From Felis catus (Eukaryota), in the NCBI RefSeq assembly GCF_018350175.1, contig NC_058368.1, positions 235,292,001 through 235,356,000 on the forward strand: DNA of 64,000 nucleotides. Reading direction: 5' to 3'. A program made the position numbers and the translations under genes. The notes under the pieces were generated by a model. That model saw only the letters and a program-made list of their open reading frames with translations, ran no database searches and was not told the DNA's origin. Positions 12,439-25,400 of this stretch are shown piece by piece; the stretch's first letter is position 1; every line of letters starts with the position of its first letter.

Positions 12439-13820
12439 CAGGATCTGTATTTTTAAAGCACACTCCAGGACCTGGGTTAAGGGCAGGACAGTTGGGCAAA
12501 CTTCCACACACTCGTCTGGATGACCACCTTCCAGAACTTTCGAAGGAGAGAGCCCGCTCCTGCCTCGGGCCACTGGCCCATTTTGACTTTAAAACCTTTG
12601 GGTTAAAGTGGCTTTTACATTAGCCTTTACTTTGGCAGCTGTACATGCTGAAGCGAAGGTAGATATTACTAAGTTTAAAAGCAAGGTTGAATAAATCCGT
12701 GCCAGCTTCGTAAAAGGGAAGTGCGTCATCGATTCTGGAATTACATGGAAACGCCGTGAGCCGGTCCAGGGTGAAAGTGGAAGTAAGTAATCTTGCAATT
12801 CTTCACACACGGTCATTTGCCCTTTTTGCAGAGAAGAAACGCCTCCTGCACGGATACGCACGCTGGGTGCAGATGATGGCACGGGCACTAGGAACGGCGG
12901 GTTCGAGACTGAAGTCACAGAGACCTGGCACAGGGTCTGGGGGCAGTGGGGCTGAGAGCACTCATCTGTCTGCCTCGTGTGGGCCACGGGCTGTCCCGCT
13001 CTACTGGCCGGGGCACACCGGCAGCTCCGTTCTTCTGAGACAAGGCGAGTGGCCAGAAATCAGGGCTGACCTCTCAGATACTTTTGTCGTGCCTTTGCTC
13101 AGTCTACCTGGATCTGACTCAGGAAACACCGTATCCATGGCCACTGACACTTCACGAGGCTGCTAGAAACAGAAAGAAGCTCCTACATTCTTTACAAGCC
13201 GTGCTGTCACTGACTGGAGGTCACCTAACCTGCCTGCCGCTCAGCTCTGGAGGCAGCCGCAGCGATGCCCTTCCCTGATTTTCAAGCAGGCTCTGATGCA
13301 GAGATACAATATGCCTCTGTTTTAATAAAATAGTTTGTCTTGAAAAGCTCTACCGAGCAAACAATTTAAACATTTAACCGAATGAAATTAGTGGCACTTA
13401 ATTACTTCAATCATTAACACAGAAGATTGTGATATTTGGGTATAAACATGAACATGTAAAGCAAATCTCCCCTCTCCCCACCCCTAAAAAAAACCCAACC
13501 GGAATCAACAAGGAGACAATAAAGGCAAAAGAAAGCCATCAAAATCATTCCTTTCTGATGGTGAAAGGTTACTAGCTGTCAATTCCCAAACCACCAGGAT
13601 CGTGCCCAAAAGCTATTAGAGCACTGATGGGCTTTGCTAATAAAAAGCAGTGTCTCCGAGGTGAATGTCTCCTTGATGGGGGATCATGGGGCAAGCTGAG
13701 GGCAAAATACAGGGTGGTACCATCCCCCCCCCCCCCCCCCGCCACGGTGTATGTGTGATATTCTCTGGACACTCCTGGCTACCCAAGAACCAAGGAGAGG
13801 GGTTTAAGTGCTTGCTATGG

Positions 13821-14616
13821 TGGTGTGGGAAACTAAGGCAAATGAAAAATTAAATTCCCTTACTGCCTGCAGCCCACTGACAAGTCCTTGAAACGGGCAG
13901 AGTGACCTCCCTCTGGGAGCTCAGCTGCCTCGATGATGACACTTTGCTGGGGACAAAAGAGCCCCTTAGCTTAACACTGTCCCAACCTCGAGGACCCTGT
14001 AAGCCTACTTCCTTTATCTCACCTGCCCTGGGACATATGCTGGCAATCCTACTCCAAGCTCATGGTCCCCGATACACATCTGAAAGGGCTCATGACTGAG
14101 GTTTTATTAAACGGTGATAAGTGGTGTTTCCCTAGCAACAACAGCTAGCCCCTCAAGGTCCTGGAAACCTTGCTTCCAAAATACCTTAGAGACTTTCTCT
14201 ATCCCTAGCCCCCTCCCAACCTGAGGTTATATAACGAGTTACCCGTCAGGACCCCAGGGCAGCTCTTGTGCCCACGGGTCCCGTCCCCGTGCTTTAATAA
14301 AATCGCCTTTCTTGGGGCGCCTGGGTGGCTCAGTCGGTTGGGCGTCCGACTTCGGCTCAGGTCATGATCTCGAGGTCCGTGGGTTTGAGCCCCGCGTCGG
14401 GCTCTGGGCTGACAGCTCAGAGCCCGGAGCCTGTTTCGGATTCTGTGTCTCCCTCTTTCTCTGACCCTCCCCTGTTCATGCTCTCTCTCTGTCTCAAAAA
14501 TAAATAAATGTTAAAAAATTAAAAAAAATCGCCTTTCTTGCACCAAAGACGTCTTCAAGAATTCTTTCTTGGTCGTCGGTTCCGGCTCACCCCACCATCA
14601 CCCTAAAACTTCATCA
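13821..14616 (+). mobile_element. Solo endogenous-retrovirus LTR (carnivore ERV1-like) interrupted by a SINE
   Basis: TG...CA ends (tggtg...catca), TATA-like ttatataa ~14227, AATAAA at 14296-14301; no clean TSD seen. Confidence 0.7.
14314..14524 (+). mobile_element. SINEC_Fc-type inserted in the LTR
   Basis: TSD aaaatcgcctttctt at 14299-14313 and 14525-14539. Confidence 0.96.
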
Positions 14617-16419
14617 TCCTGAGCTCAAGTTCTCATGATCTGAATCGGCATCGTTCAGGGGTACTGTCTGTATTTTCTATAGAACAAAGTTTTAAGCCCC
14701 ACCGAAATTTCTTGGGTGACTCACAGAAAGATGTGACGTATCCAATGCGCGTCTTCTGTCTCGCTACACCCAGACATAAGACAAGTCCCAGGGACGCCAC
14801 AGCCTCAGGAAGTCACAGGAGAACACAGACATTCCCCCACCCACCCTCCACCTGCAGGAGGGTGCGCGCTCCCGGTCCCAGTGGTCCCACGCAGGCTGCC
14901 CCGTGATTAACAAGGAAGGGTGTGATCTCTCAGCAGGGTCTCTAAGGGTCCCGGCCAGAAGCCCCTGCCCCAGGGGGACCCCGCCACACCAGCTCACGCC
15001 GCCTGTGGGCCCCGTTCCCGCGGCCGGTGCAGTGCGCCCCCTGCAGGCCGGCCAGGCTCCGACGGGCACCGCCTGCACCAGATTTCTTTTAAATCCCAGG
15101 CACCAGGGTTTTCTTATTTTAAAATTTTTCTTCTCTCTCTCCTTTCTCTCCACGCGGCCACACTGGGATCTCAGAGTGAAAGGGGCGCAGGTAAAGGGCA
15201 CGATGTAAAAACAAACCTTTCGCCGTATCGCTTCCTTGATCTCAAGCGGGCTGGGAAGGTGGGGGTGTGCAGTTGAGCAAAGCCAGAAATCAAGCAAAGT
15301 GAACCGAACAGTTCCTGGAATTGTATTTATCTCGCTTTATCCCCCCCCCCCATGTCAATGTTTCTATTTACAAATTAAAGTTATGTATTTCACAACGGCA
15401 TCAGAATCCAGAAAACTAATTTCCCCATCACTAAACAGATAGGCTGTCCGAACAGAAAGACGCAGGAACGTTTTATTCTGGATGACGGCTTCAGGCTCCC
15501 TAAAAATACGAATCCGGAAAGGTCAGGAAGGAGTGAGTGCTTTAAAAACTATTTTCCGCTCCACCGCAGATTTAACAAACACGTCTCCAAGGTGCAAACG
15601 AAGGCTGGCCCTGGGTGGCGGAGGCAGAGAGGAGGCTGTCTGAACAGCCCGCTGAGTCACACCCCTCCTTCCGCCCGCAGGTGGCTCCCCAGGACAGCAC
15701 GTGTCCCTGGGGCCTCAGGCTGAAAGGACACTACAGACCCTGCAGGCATTCCGGGGACCGCCCTCTGAAAGGAGTCCCCAGCATTCAAAAGAGCACTTCT
15801 TCTGCATTTGAAGCAGGGGGAGGTCCACCTGGCTTTCTCCATCAGTCTCTCCCTTGATGTCCCCAGAAGAGAAATGACTCTGGAGCACTGGCTGCCACCA
15901 CAAAGGACCCCGACTCTGCCTTTCTAGAGGTTTCCACACTAACGAGACTCCGGAGGAAGTGAACACCCGACGACTGGCAGGGCCTCCCCCTCGGGGTCCC
16001 TTTCCTCTTCTCCCCAAGGTCCCCAGGGTGACGTGAAAACGGATGATGCTGCGGACGAAATCCTGAGAGCCTCCGAGTTCCTGGTGGGGGCGCCCGCCGC
16101 TCAGCTGGTACAGGGCTGTGGGGGCTTCCCCTTAACCCTCCTCAGCCCAGGGCAGGGGGTTGGGGGGGGGGCTGGCCAGGGCTCCACGGAGCAGAAGAAA
16201 CCCCCGCAGGCTAAATGTCTGTTTTTGAAAGACTCTCCACTTTCTCCACAAACGCATTTTCCCCAAAGGAGAAGCATTGGTGGGAAAACCACAGACATGC
16301 AGGTCAGGAGACCCGACGTGCCAGTAGTCTTCCTGCGAGGGAAGTTTCCGCAGGTCAGACTTGGGTTGTCCAGACACCTGCAAACATGACTGCTGTTTGC
16401 TATTAAAATAAGGCAAGTC

Positions 16420-16644
16420 AGGGAGCCTCTGGGGGGGGCTCAGTCGGTTGAGCGTCCCACTTCGGCTCAGGTCACGATCTCGGGGTCGGTGAGTTTGAGC
16501 CCCGCGTCGGGCTCTGTGCTGACAGCTCGGAGCCTGGAGCCCGCTTCGGATTCTGCGTCTCCCTCTCTCTCTGCCCCCCACCCCCGCCCCTCACACTCCG
16601 TCTCTCTCTGTCTCAAACATAAATGAACATTGAAAATATGAAAG
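16420..16644 (+). mobile_element. Can-SINE (SINEC_Fc2-like), diverged head
   Basis: SINE body and tail; TSD aaaataaggc(a/c)agtc at 16405-16419 and 16645-16659. Confidence 0.93.
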
Positions 16645-17865
16645 AAAATAAGGCCAGTCCTCAATTATCTGCTAGTGACTGATGGGCAGATCGAGGTGGG
16701 CTTTCCCCAGTGCCTGTGGGACCAGGTGCCTGGGCCCCCAAGGGACACGTGGCGGTGGTACCCAGGAAGGGCAGAGGGCCTGGCACTTGTGGTTTCAGCC
16801 CTACTGTCAATTGTTTCGCTAACCCCCCTCTGTCACCTTCCATTAGTCCACTCATTCAAGGTGGTCTTAAATACCGCATCAGACAAAGCATGTGTAGACA
16901 GACACTGACTTGGTTGGCTCATCATAAACACAACCCCCCCCCCAAAAGTTACTAGGTGGTGGTGTTTAGAGGACTGTCAGGAAACCCGAAGTAGGATTCC
17001 TCCGAGGTCAGAATGGTTCCCCTATTTGGGGCTTGCTGCACACTTAAAGCTGATTTTAAGAGTCTGACCGGTGTTGGCTTGGACTTCAGGGAATCATACG
17101 ACGGCCATCCGCCCGAGTTGGGGTTCAGGTGTACGAGCCACCTGAGTGACAGCTGGGTTCAGAGCCACCACACGGCCCTCCCCGCCTTCAGGGGGAGCAG
17201 GACCCCAGAATGCTAAGGCTGGAGTGAAGGGACAGCCCTCCAGACCGGACTCCTTGCCACCTTCAGCTTCTGAGGGCGCCCACTTACAAGGGTACACGTG
17301 TCCCCCCAGTCACTGCGGGCCCTCCCGTCCCCGCCAAGCCGGCAGCCTCCCCGGAGGACCCCGCCCTGCAGGCAGGGGAGCAGCAGACAGGAGGGCCCGC
17401 AGCCCCGCTGTCAGTAAGCTCTGGGTCGTCGGCAGAGAGGGGTGAGGCGGGCACGCGGTCCCCCACGTTGGCGTCAGGCCATCCGGTGGGAGTCGGGAGC
17501 GGCTGGCGGATGTGGAAGGAGCCGCGGGCCCGGGAAGCAGGCCGGAGGGAGACTGGGGGCCAGCGTGTGACCTGCTTCCCTTTTTAATTTGCTCCGTGCA
17601 CACGGTACAGAATTGACGCGGAAAATTAAATTAAACCTTGCACCGGGTCCCAATTTAAACGATTAAAAGTGGATACACGGTAACACACTTACGCACAGAA
17701 ACATGGCAACAAGCAGATCAGCTGTGAACGCGAAAGGTGTGGAGGGTTCAGGGTTGACCTTTCCGAGGCCTCGCTTTCCTCTTCTGTCAGCTGCGCACCT
17801 GTGATGCAGGGTGACGTTATCCCACAGCAGCAATTACCGAGCATGTATTAAGAAAAGAATATTCC

Positions 17866-18087
17866 AGGGGCGCTTGGGTGGCTCAGTCGGTGGAGCGTCC
17901 GACTTTGGCTCAGGCTGTGATCTCACGGTTCGTGGGGTCGAGCCCCGTGTTGGGCTCTGTGCCGACAGCTCGGAGCCGGGAGCCTGCTTCGGATTCTGGG
18001 TCTCCCTCTCTCTCTGCCCCTTCCCCGCTCACGCTCTGTCTCTCAAAACTGAATAAACATGAAAAAAAAAGAAAAGAATAAAAAAGA
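17866..18087 (+). mobile_element. Can-SINE (SINEC_Fc2-like)
   Basis: TSD aagaaaagaatattcc at 17850-17865 and 18088-18103. Confidence 0.95.
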
Positions 18088-21000
18088 AAGAAAAGAATAT
18101 TCCTAACGATGCACCAACAACTTAGAACAGACCGCGGTTCCCGATGGCGGGAGGTTACTGGCCCCTCCTCTCCCGCTTCCCCTGAAGGGAATGGGGGGGG
18201 GGGCCGTGCCCCTCGCGGGAGGCCTCTTACCCATGGCCCCAGACCCCCCACTCTGGCACTCGTGGGCGCAGGGGGGAGGCCGGGCCCTCCGAGAACCAGG
18301 GGTGGGGGGATCGGCCCAACGGGCCCCTGGCCCCCGAGCACAGAGCCCCCAACAGGGCAGCACCAGCCGCCAGGTATGGGCACCAGGGGCCCCAAGTCCT
18401 CCCCCAAGAGCCGGCAGACGCGGTCACTCTCCCAAAACCAAAGTCACACCCTCCGTGCCATGTGAGCGCGCCGAACACAGGACCCGGCTCAGGACCCGCT
18501 CCTCACTTCAGACAGACCCATGAAAGTCAGTCTCCCTCAGAACTCTCTTCGGAGGTACGAGAAGGAACTTTCTGCGTGTCACAACCACGCGCAGAATTCC
18601 TCCCACCAGGTATCCGGCAAACGGAAGGAAAGAAGCGAGGAAAGTGTATTTCACTTAATGGCTCGGCCCTCCTTTTGAAACGCTTTCCCCTATGTTTCTA
18701 GAATGTTCCACACCGAACCCCTTCTCTTCAGTCTCCGGCAGGTGGATTAAACTTACCAGTCTGAGCTCCACGTGCGCCACTGACCGCCTACACTATGGTC
18801 CTGCGCGAGAGGGCGTGTGAGGGACGGCATCTGAACAGGACCCAGCGTGTTCAGGGTGGGCAGGGGGGTCTCACCGCCGTGCACACAGGACCGGCTCGTC
18901 GGGCGAGGGGCCCACAGCCTTCCCAGCCACTATCGCTACGGCCTAGGCACCTGGCCACCTTATGCGTGTATCCGTTCATGTCCAAGCCCTTTGCTCCAGG
19001 GTCGTTAAAAAACATCCAGGAGAGAATCTAACAGGCAAAGCGTGTGCATTTGTGTTTGGCGGGAGGGGTAGGTATGCTCTCGGGTACCACTGAGCTTACC
19101 TGTGACGCTTTCCAAACATTCTCCCCACTTACTGCTGGGGAGAATGGGCCGAGGCAGGGGAATCTCACTCGGGAACCAGGTGTCCCGGGGTGAGAGGCTC
19201 TGTGAGTGTGCACTGTCCTCATCAGACACATCCCAGGCAGGTGCCCTCTGTGGCCCGGCGGGAGTTGCTCACGGGCGAGGCTGCAGCGCCCTCTAATGGC
19301 CACGGTGCAATTCTTCCCATTCCCAAATTAATCCAGGCTCCTAATTCTTGCAGAAGTTCAATCTGTGAGTCACGCCAGCACATGTCTTGAAAAACGAAGC
19401 AAGCAGTGACCCAGTGCCATCAGGGTGGAAAATGGCAGCCTGAAGGGCCGCATGCGGGCTGATTTTCGGAACGAAGAGCGGGGACTTCCCGAGCAAAGTC
19501 CCTGCAGACAGGGCTCGGCAGTGAGTGACGATCACGGCCACACGGCTCACCGCCCCTGCTCACCGCCACTGTCCCGGGGACAGCTCCTCATCCTGTGCCC
19601 TTAGCGTTAGGGGGCCCAGCCCAGAGTGCGTGGCCTGGCCTGCCCTGGGCTGTAATCCTAAGCTGTGTGGGGCCCGGCTTGGGCTGCCCAGACCCTGTGT
19701 GGTTCCTGGGCACACAGGACCCCGCTCTAGCCTAACGCCCCATCCAACTCCAGGTTCAACTGCACATTCCCTTTGTTGTTTATTCGTTTCCCCTAAGTGA
19801 TAAAACCTGCAACGGTGTTCTGCCTGGATGCCAGCCTTCTCCACCAATGACACCTACCGAGGTCCAAAAGCCGTGCTGAAGCCTATGACCAGTCCATTTA
19901 CCAGGCAGATTCTCCCACAAGCCTGTCCGCGGACCCACTCTCCTCTCTCCCTTAACGCCCTCTCCTTCGGGAAAGGATCAGCGAGTTCCTGCCACCCGCG
20001 GGGGGCAAAACGCATCACCTCACCTGACCTCGCGGCTCCAGCACAGAGAGACGGCCACCTGCCTGCCTCCCTGCCTTCTCAGCCTCGGCCAGGAGACAGC
20101 CGCCAGGGGCCACCCCACTGTCCCCGGCCCACACAGCCTCAAATGTCAGGAGGTACCGAAGCTGGCAAGTTCTCCTTCCTCGTGATCACACACACAGCTT
20201 CAAAATAGCCTCCCTTCGCCGTCGACTCCCCAACTTCTGCCCGATCTCATCCACCCCCAGACTTCTGCCCGTAAAGGCTGCCCCCTCCACTGCCATGTCT
20301 CGTGGTCCCCACATCCCAGACGCACACCTGGGACTCGTGATTCCAACCACCAGCCTCTGCACCTGTCCCCAGCCCCGGTGCCCGACTCCGTGACCCGGGG
20401 ATCCCGATTCCGACCTGCCCCTCCCGCAATGCATAGTTCAGCAGTGACCTTACTTCCAAGGGGGACTTGAAACCCCCCCACCCTTCGCCCCCTGCACTGC
20501 CGCCCTGTGCTCTCCCCCGACTTCCCGACAGGTCTCTGCTTCCCTCTTGCCCTCCTCCCATCATTTGCCACAGTGGAAGGTGACTTCGTGGGACACCTCG
20601 GTCAAACCTCCCTCTAAGCATGAACGCACCCGGGGCCCCCGGGTGCCGGCGACGGGCCCTTGCCTGTGTGACTGACTGAACAAACACCACGCGCTCCCTT
20701 CCACAGCGTGCCCGGGCCACACCGGCCTCCTTCCCGCACGCAGCGGGTTCTTCCCTCTCAGAGCCAGCCGCCTGCCCGGGAGGGTCACTCGTCTCCTTTC
20801 AAGGCTCGCTCCCTCCGCCCAGCTCCCAGCTTGCCGGCCACGGCCTCAGAGGGACCGGTGCAGACAGAGTCTCCCCTGCTGTTCCGGCACAAACCTCCAC
20901 GTTGACCTCACTACACCTGCTCCAATTTCAGACGGCTGATTCACTGGGGGGCCGGGTTTTTCTCTCCCGGCAGCTCACAGGTCTTTGAGAACACAGCCCG

Positions 21001-21426
21001 GGCTGTCCGCTCCCCAGCTCCTCCCAGGGAGGCCCCAGCACGGAGCCCACGCTCAGTAAATAGTGGTAGAAAGAACAACCCGCCAACTAAAAGCTTCCAA
21101 AGGGCAGCGCAGAGTTATTTATAAATGTCAATTATGTTTGTTATAACTGTTTTAAAAACACGAGGCAGGAGTGACAAAAGAGTTGTCGGATGTGATTTTT
21201 TAAAGGGCAGCAATATTCGTAAGTAAACGAAGAGGGGCCATCAGCACTTAATTACGCGGGATCCGGTGACGCCAAGAGCATCTCGGAGAACACTCACGAC
21301 CGGCATGATAACAGCACGTGGCGTATTCCTGTGTTGGAGCGGCCGTCTTCCCTTTGGTTAGAGTGGAGAATTTTCCATCTTTGGTGATAACACCCAGTGT
21401 CACCCTTCGCGGATGAGAACAATCAC

Positions 21427-22308
21427 GTGCGCGGCTTACTTTTTATTTTTTATTATAAAAAACACATACAAGAGTTTTAAGAAATGATGAATATAAGACA
21501 AATCGGAACCACGGTGAGTTATTAAACCCATTTTCTATGTACAAATACTACAATTCCGAAAGTGGAATATCATCCAATGTGAAACACATTATAGCACTGT
21601 CCATATGTACACGGCACACACAGAGACCCACCCGCGCTGGCCTCTGAATCGTTTAGATACACGTCGCGGACACGACCCTGCAAGTGACCTCTGCTCGGAG
21701 GCGCTCCTGGTCCTCCTAGAGTGACAGGGTTTTAAGGAACCGCAGAGACAGGAAGAAGACGCGCTACAACGGGCCCGAAGGCTCTCCCCGGGTTCCCTCT
21801 CACCCGTGGCGCGCCCACCTGGAGATTAACAACGGAACAGTCCATTTCCAGCTAAGACCGCGGAAGAGTCTTCTAGCTCCTTCTTAGCCGATTTATTTTT
21901 TCCTAGTCAACCATTCCAGCGCAAAGTCCAAAATTAGCTCAGGAACCAAATCAATGCTTTTATATTAAATTCATTATAAAATGCCACTCAATTTTAAAAA
22001 GCGACTAAAAGGACACTTTCTGCAGCAAAAAAGGGCTAAGTTCAAGTTTTTGTTGTTTGACCAAGACACAATAATACAACCCACATGTCATGGAATCACA
22101 ACAGCCTTAAGTGAAATGTATGCGGTTTGGGGGAGGGCGGCCCGGCCCCTGCTGGCTCCGGTGTCCTCGCCACAGTGACGGGCGCGCCTGGACATCCTCT
22201 CCTCTGCGACGACGTTCCGAAGCCTCAGTCGGGACTCTGCGAGCTGACTCAACTGTCCGGACTCAGACACGCGAAGGCACTTCTCTAGACGCAGGGGCGC
22301 ACGGCTTC
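21427..22308 (-). other. ICE1: ICE1 3'UTR (~880 nt; 3' end inferred)
   Basis: Runs from the stop codon to tandem AATAAA signals, followed by a CA and a GU/U-rich tract (GTGATTGTTCT). Confidence 0.7.
21442..21454 (-). terminator. Tandem polyadenylation signals AATAAA x2 for ICE1
   Basis: Plus strand tttatt at 21442-21447 and 21449-21454; downstream GU-rich element on the minus strand. Confidence 0.75.
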
Positions 22309-22490
22309 TTAGCCCACCTCCTCGGCGCACAGGCAGCTGACTTCCTCCAGGCAGCTGAGCACCGCGGAGGGAACGCTGTGAGAGGTCTCTCTGCGCCAGG
22401 CTTCCAGGATGCGGGAGATCTCCGCTGGGTTGCTGGGACTCAGATCGCAAAGCGCGTACACAGCTGCTAGCTGTATGCCCCACGGTATAT
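22309..22490 (-). CDS. ICE1: ICE1 terminal exon coding part, 182 nt, IPWGIQLAAVYALCDLSPSNPAEISRILEAWRRETSHSVPSAVLSCLEEVSCLCAEEVG*
   Basis: tttgcag|ATATACCG...GTGGGCTAA; stop TAA at 22311-22309. Confidence 0.96.
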
Positions 22491-25400
22491 CTGCAAAGAA
22501 TTTTCCTATCAGTCGCTACGCAAGAAAATGCTTGTTATTCAGAATCTGAATGCCGTAATCTGCGGAAACACTCTTCAAACACAGGACACTTTCTGCCAGC
22601 AGTGAAAAGTATCAGAGAAAAAACCCACAGTGAAAAAATTAACGAAGACCCATCCACACGTGGCAAGAAACAAAATGGCAAGAGAGCCGTGTGCAGGCCG
22701 GCACCCAGGGCACGGCCGGGGTGTCCGAGCAGGAAGCTCCGGAAGGATCACGCTCCACATTTATGTTGCGATGGAAGCTGGATCCCGGAGCATTCCTCAA
22801 ATAAATGATTCCATTACATAGCCACTGCAAGTGCTTGTAAAAGGGCTACTCTGAAAACCAACACAGACACGAGAGGAGAAGAAAAGCCCTTCCCCGGGGC
22901 CGCACTGCCACCCCCCCCCCCATGTGCCTGAGAGAGGCCAGACGGCAGAGGAAGGTAGGTTACAGCGAGGTCACAGGCCACGCGTGCTAGGCTTCTTTCT
23001 CATTTAGCTTACGTTTATTTACAAGTCCTTTAATGAAAATTTAATTTAGCTGAATTTCAGTTAAAACTACAAAGAACACAACACAAAACCCACATGTGTT
23101 CAAACGTCAGTTCTGAAACACAGCTTTAAAAATTACTCACCCCTCAAATAAACATTTTAAAAAGGTGGGGGGGGGGGGGGGCGGGGCGCCTGGGTGACTC
23201 AGTCTGTTGTGTGTCTGACTCTTGATTTCCGCTCAGGTCACGGTCCCAGGATCTTGGGATCGAGCCCAGTGGCGGGCTCTGCGCTGTGCGTGGAACCTGT
23301 TTGGGATTCTCTCTCCCGCTCTCTGTGCCCCCCCCCCCTCACGCGCACGCCTTCTCTCGAAAATAGACACACATTTAAGAGCATGAAAACCGCGCATTTC
23401 CCCCAGCCGAAGGGCAGCGAGAGGTGCACAGAGCAGGGCACACAGTGGGAACTCACAAGAGGCTTAACGGGGCCGCGAGGGACTCACAACAATCTCAGCG
23501 GACACGGGTCCTACCTTCGTCCTGGGCATGCTGAATAAACATGCCGATAACGGAGCTGATGCTTTTCACAGCAGACGGGAACCCTTCCTTCAAGCCCAAC
23601 TGGCCCAACCGACCTGGGGGGAAACAAACCGAAACGTAAACGGTCTTTGGTTACATGACAACTTTTCCCGAGAATGTAAAATTCACGTTTTCTCTCTTAT
23701 GCCGTTCCGCACATTAAGGTGAAGGATCCTCAAGCTGAAACGGCGCCCTGTCCTCACCCGAGAGCGGGTGGAACAGGAAAGCATCGGGACGCCTAAAGCA
23801 CCCCTTGTCCCCCTGGGGGGTGGGGGCAACGGTGGCCAGGGTGACTAACCGTCCCTTCTTCCGGTCACACGAGGGCGGCACGCACGTGCGGCTTTCTTAG
23901 CCGAGGGAGCCGAGAGGGAGCTGAGCGGAGCGCGTGGTCTTGGCAGGCTCCACGCGACAGGGCTGACTTGTGATGGGTCGGGAGGACCCAGGCGAGGCCG
24001 CGGCGCCGGCAGCCAGGTTCTGGACCAGCACCCTTCCGAGCACGCAGCCCTGGCCGTGCCGCAGCCGGGAGCGCGCGGGCATGGTTTGCACGGTCCCCAG
24101 GGTCCAAATGATTTTCACAGCGGAACAACGTGGACTAAGAGGCGACCTGCCTCCTTTCCGATGCTGAGATAAGACCCAGGCTCAACACCAGCGCAGATCG
24201 GACGACTGGGTCCGCGGCACCAGTCACGGCAGCGGCCGCAAGGGGGCCACTGCTGCCACCAGGAGCTCCCGGTCAAAACAGCTACTTTCACGGAACGATG
24301 CCCCCTCCGAAGCACCAACAATTACTCTTGCGGCGGCCAGCAGCCCGTAAGCTGCTGTGGGTGTGGGGGGCACACGGCACACCGGGGGCCTGGCCAGGCT
24401 CGGACCGGGGCAACGCACCGAGGGGGCTGCCTGAACGGGGAGGGAGGCGGTGCTCTTCCGAGACACGCCCACATTTCTCTGCCGAATGACTGACAACCTA
24501 CAGCTATTCGGACCCAGACAGACCTCTTCTCAAAAACGAATAAAGCGAGGAAATTTATCACTGCTGTCAGTGACAAAATGTGCGCTCTTAAGCCAAATTA
24601 GAATTTTGGAAAAACTTCCACCAGCCATCCTGCGCCTGACAGCTTCAAAATTTAAGACTTCTCTGATGAGATTGTGACGATATTAATGTCTGTCTTCTGG
24701 ATGCTGTTGACGGCTGGAAGATCTGTGCAAATCAGTATTTTCCGAGGGAGCAGCGCGCCTTATGAAGTCGCCCTGGAGTCCTCAGGACCCGTGTCAGACC
24801 CCACTCCGTCCGTTTAGGGAGTCGGCACTTGTGAATTTTTACGTGCTGTCCCAGCATATCCACAATGATCTAAAAGGGCTATGAAAACACTCAGGAGCTC
24901 CGTACAAAGCCGGATTTTCTTTACACACTTCAACCAAAAAACCCACTGCAAGAGCCCGGTGCAGCGCGGACAGGCCCTCGGATCCTGGCAGAAAAGAGAT
25001 CTGCAGCAAGTTAACCGTTCTCCTCGAGGTCGGTTTTGTTTGGCAACCACTTTCCACGGAGAATGTCCTTTATGTTAACCCCGGTTTATCATTACTGGCT
25101 TTAAGTGCTAACGGAAGCTCTCCCCCAGTCAGTAGGACCTGCAGTGACAAGCCCTGGGGGTCCTCACCGGGGGTGGGGGGCGGGGGGGCCACATCCCGCT
25201 GAAGGCGGAGGAAGCGCGATGATGCCACGCGCCTAGCCCCGCCCACCTGGATCCCTCCTGTGTTCCGCGGTCCGTGGAGGCGGGGTCCGTGGAGGTGGGG
25301 TTGCTTCGAGGGGGAACCCCGTTCCCTCCCTCCAGGTGCGGCCTCGTGTTCTCCGCCCCTCCTCTCTCACAGGAAGGGGATTCCAGACGAACTTGGATGC

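Noticed and set aside
11979..12623. 214-aa ORF and similar MAQSV.../RERQSMNGGGAER ORFs elsewhere
   Set aside because: Translations of Can-SINE sequence.
13394..21255. Shared 12-mer GCACTTAATTAC (13394, 21244) and 14-mer AGGTTGAAAAGTAA (25752, 49804)
   Set aside because: Matches of this length are expected by chance in 64 kb.
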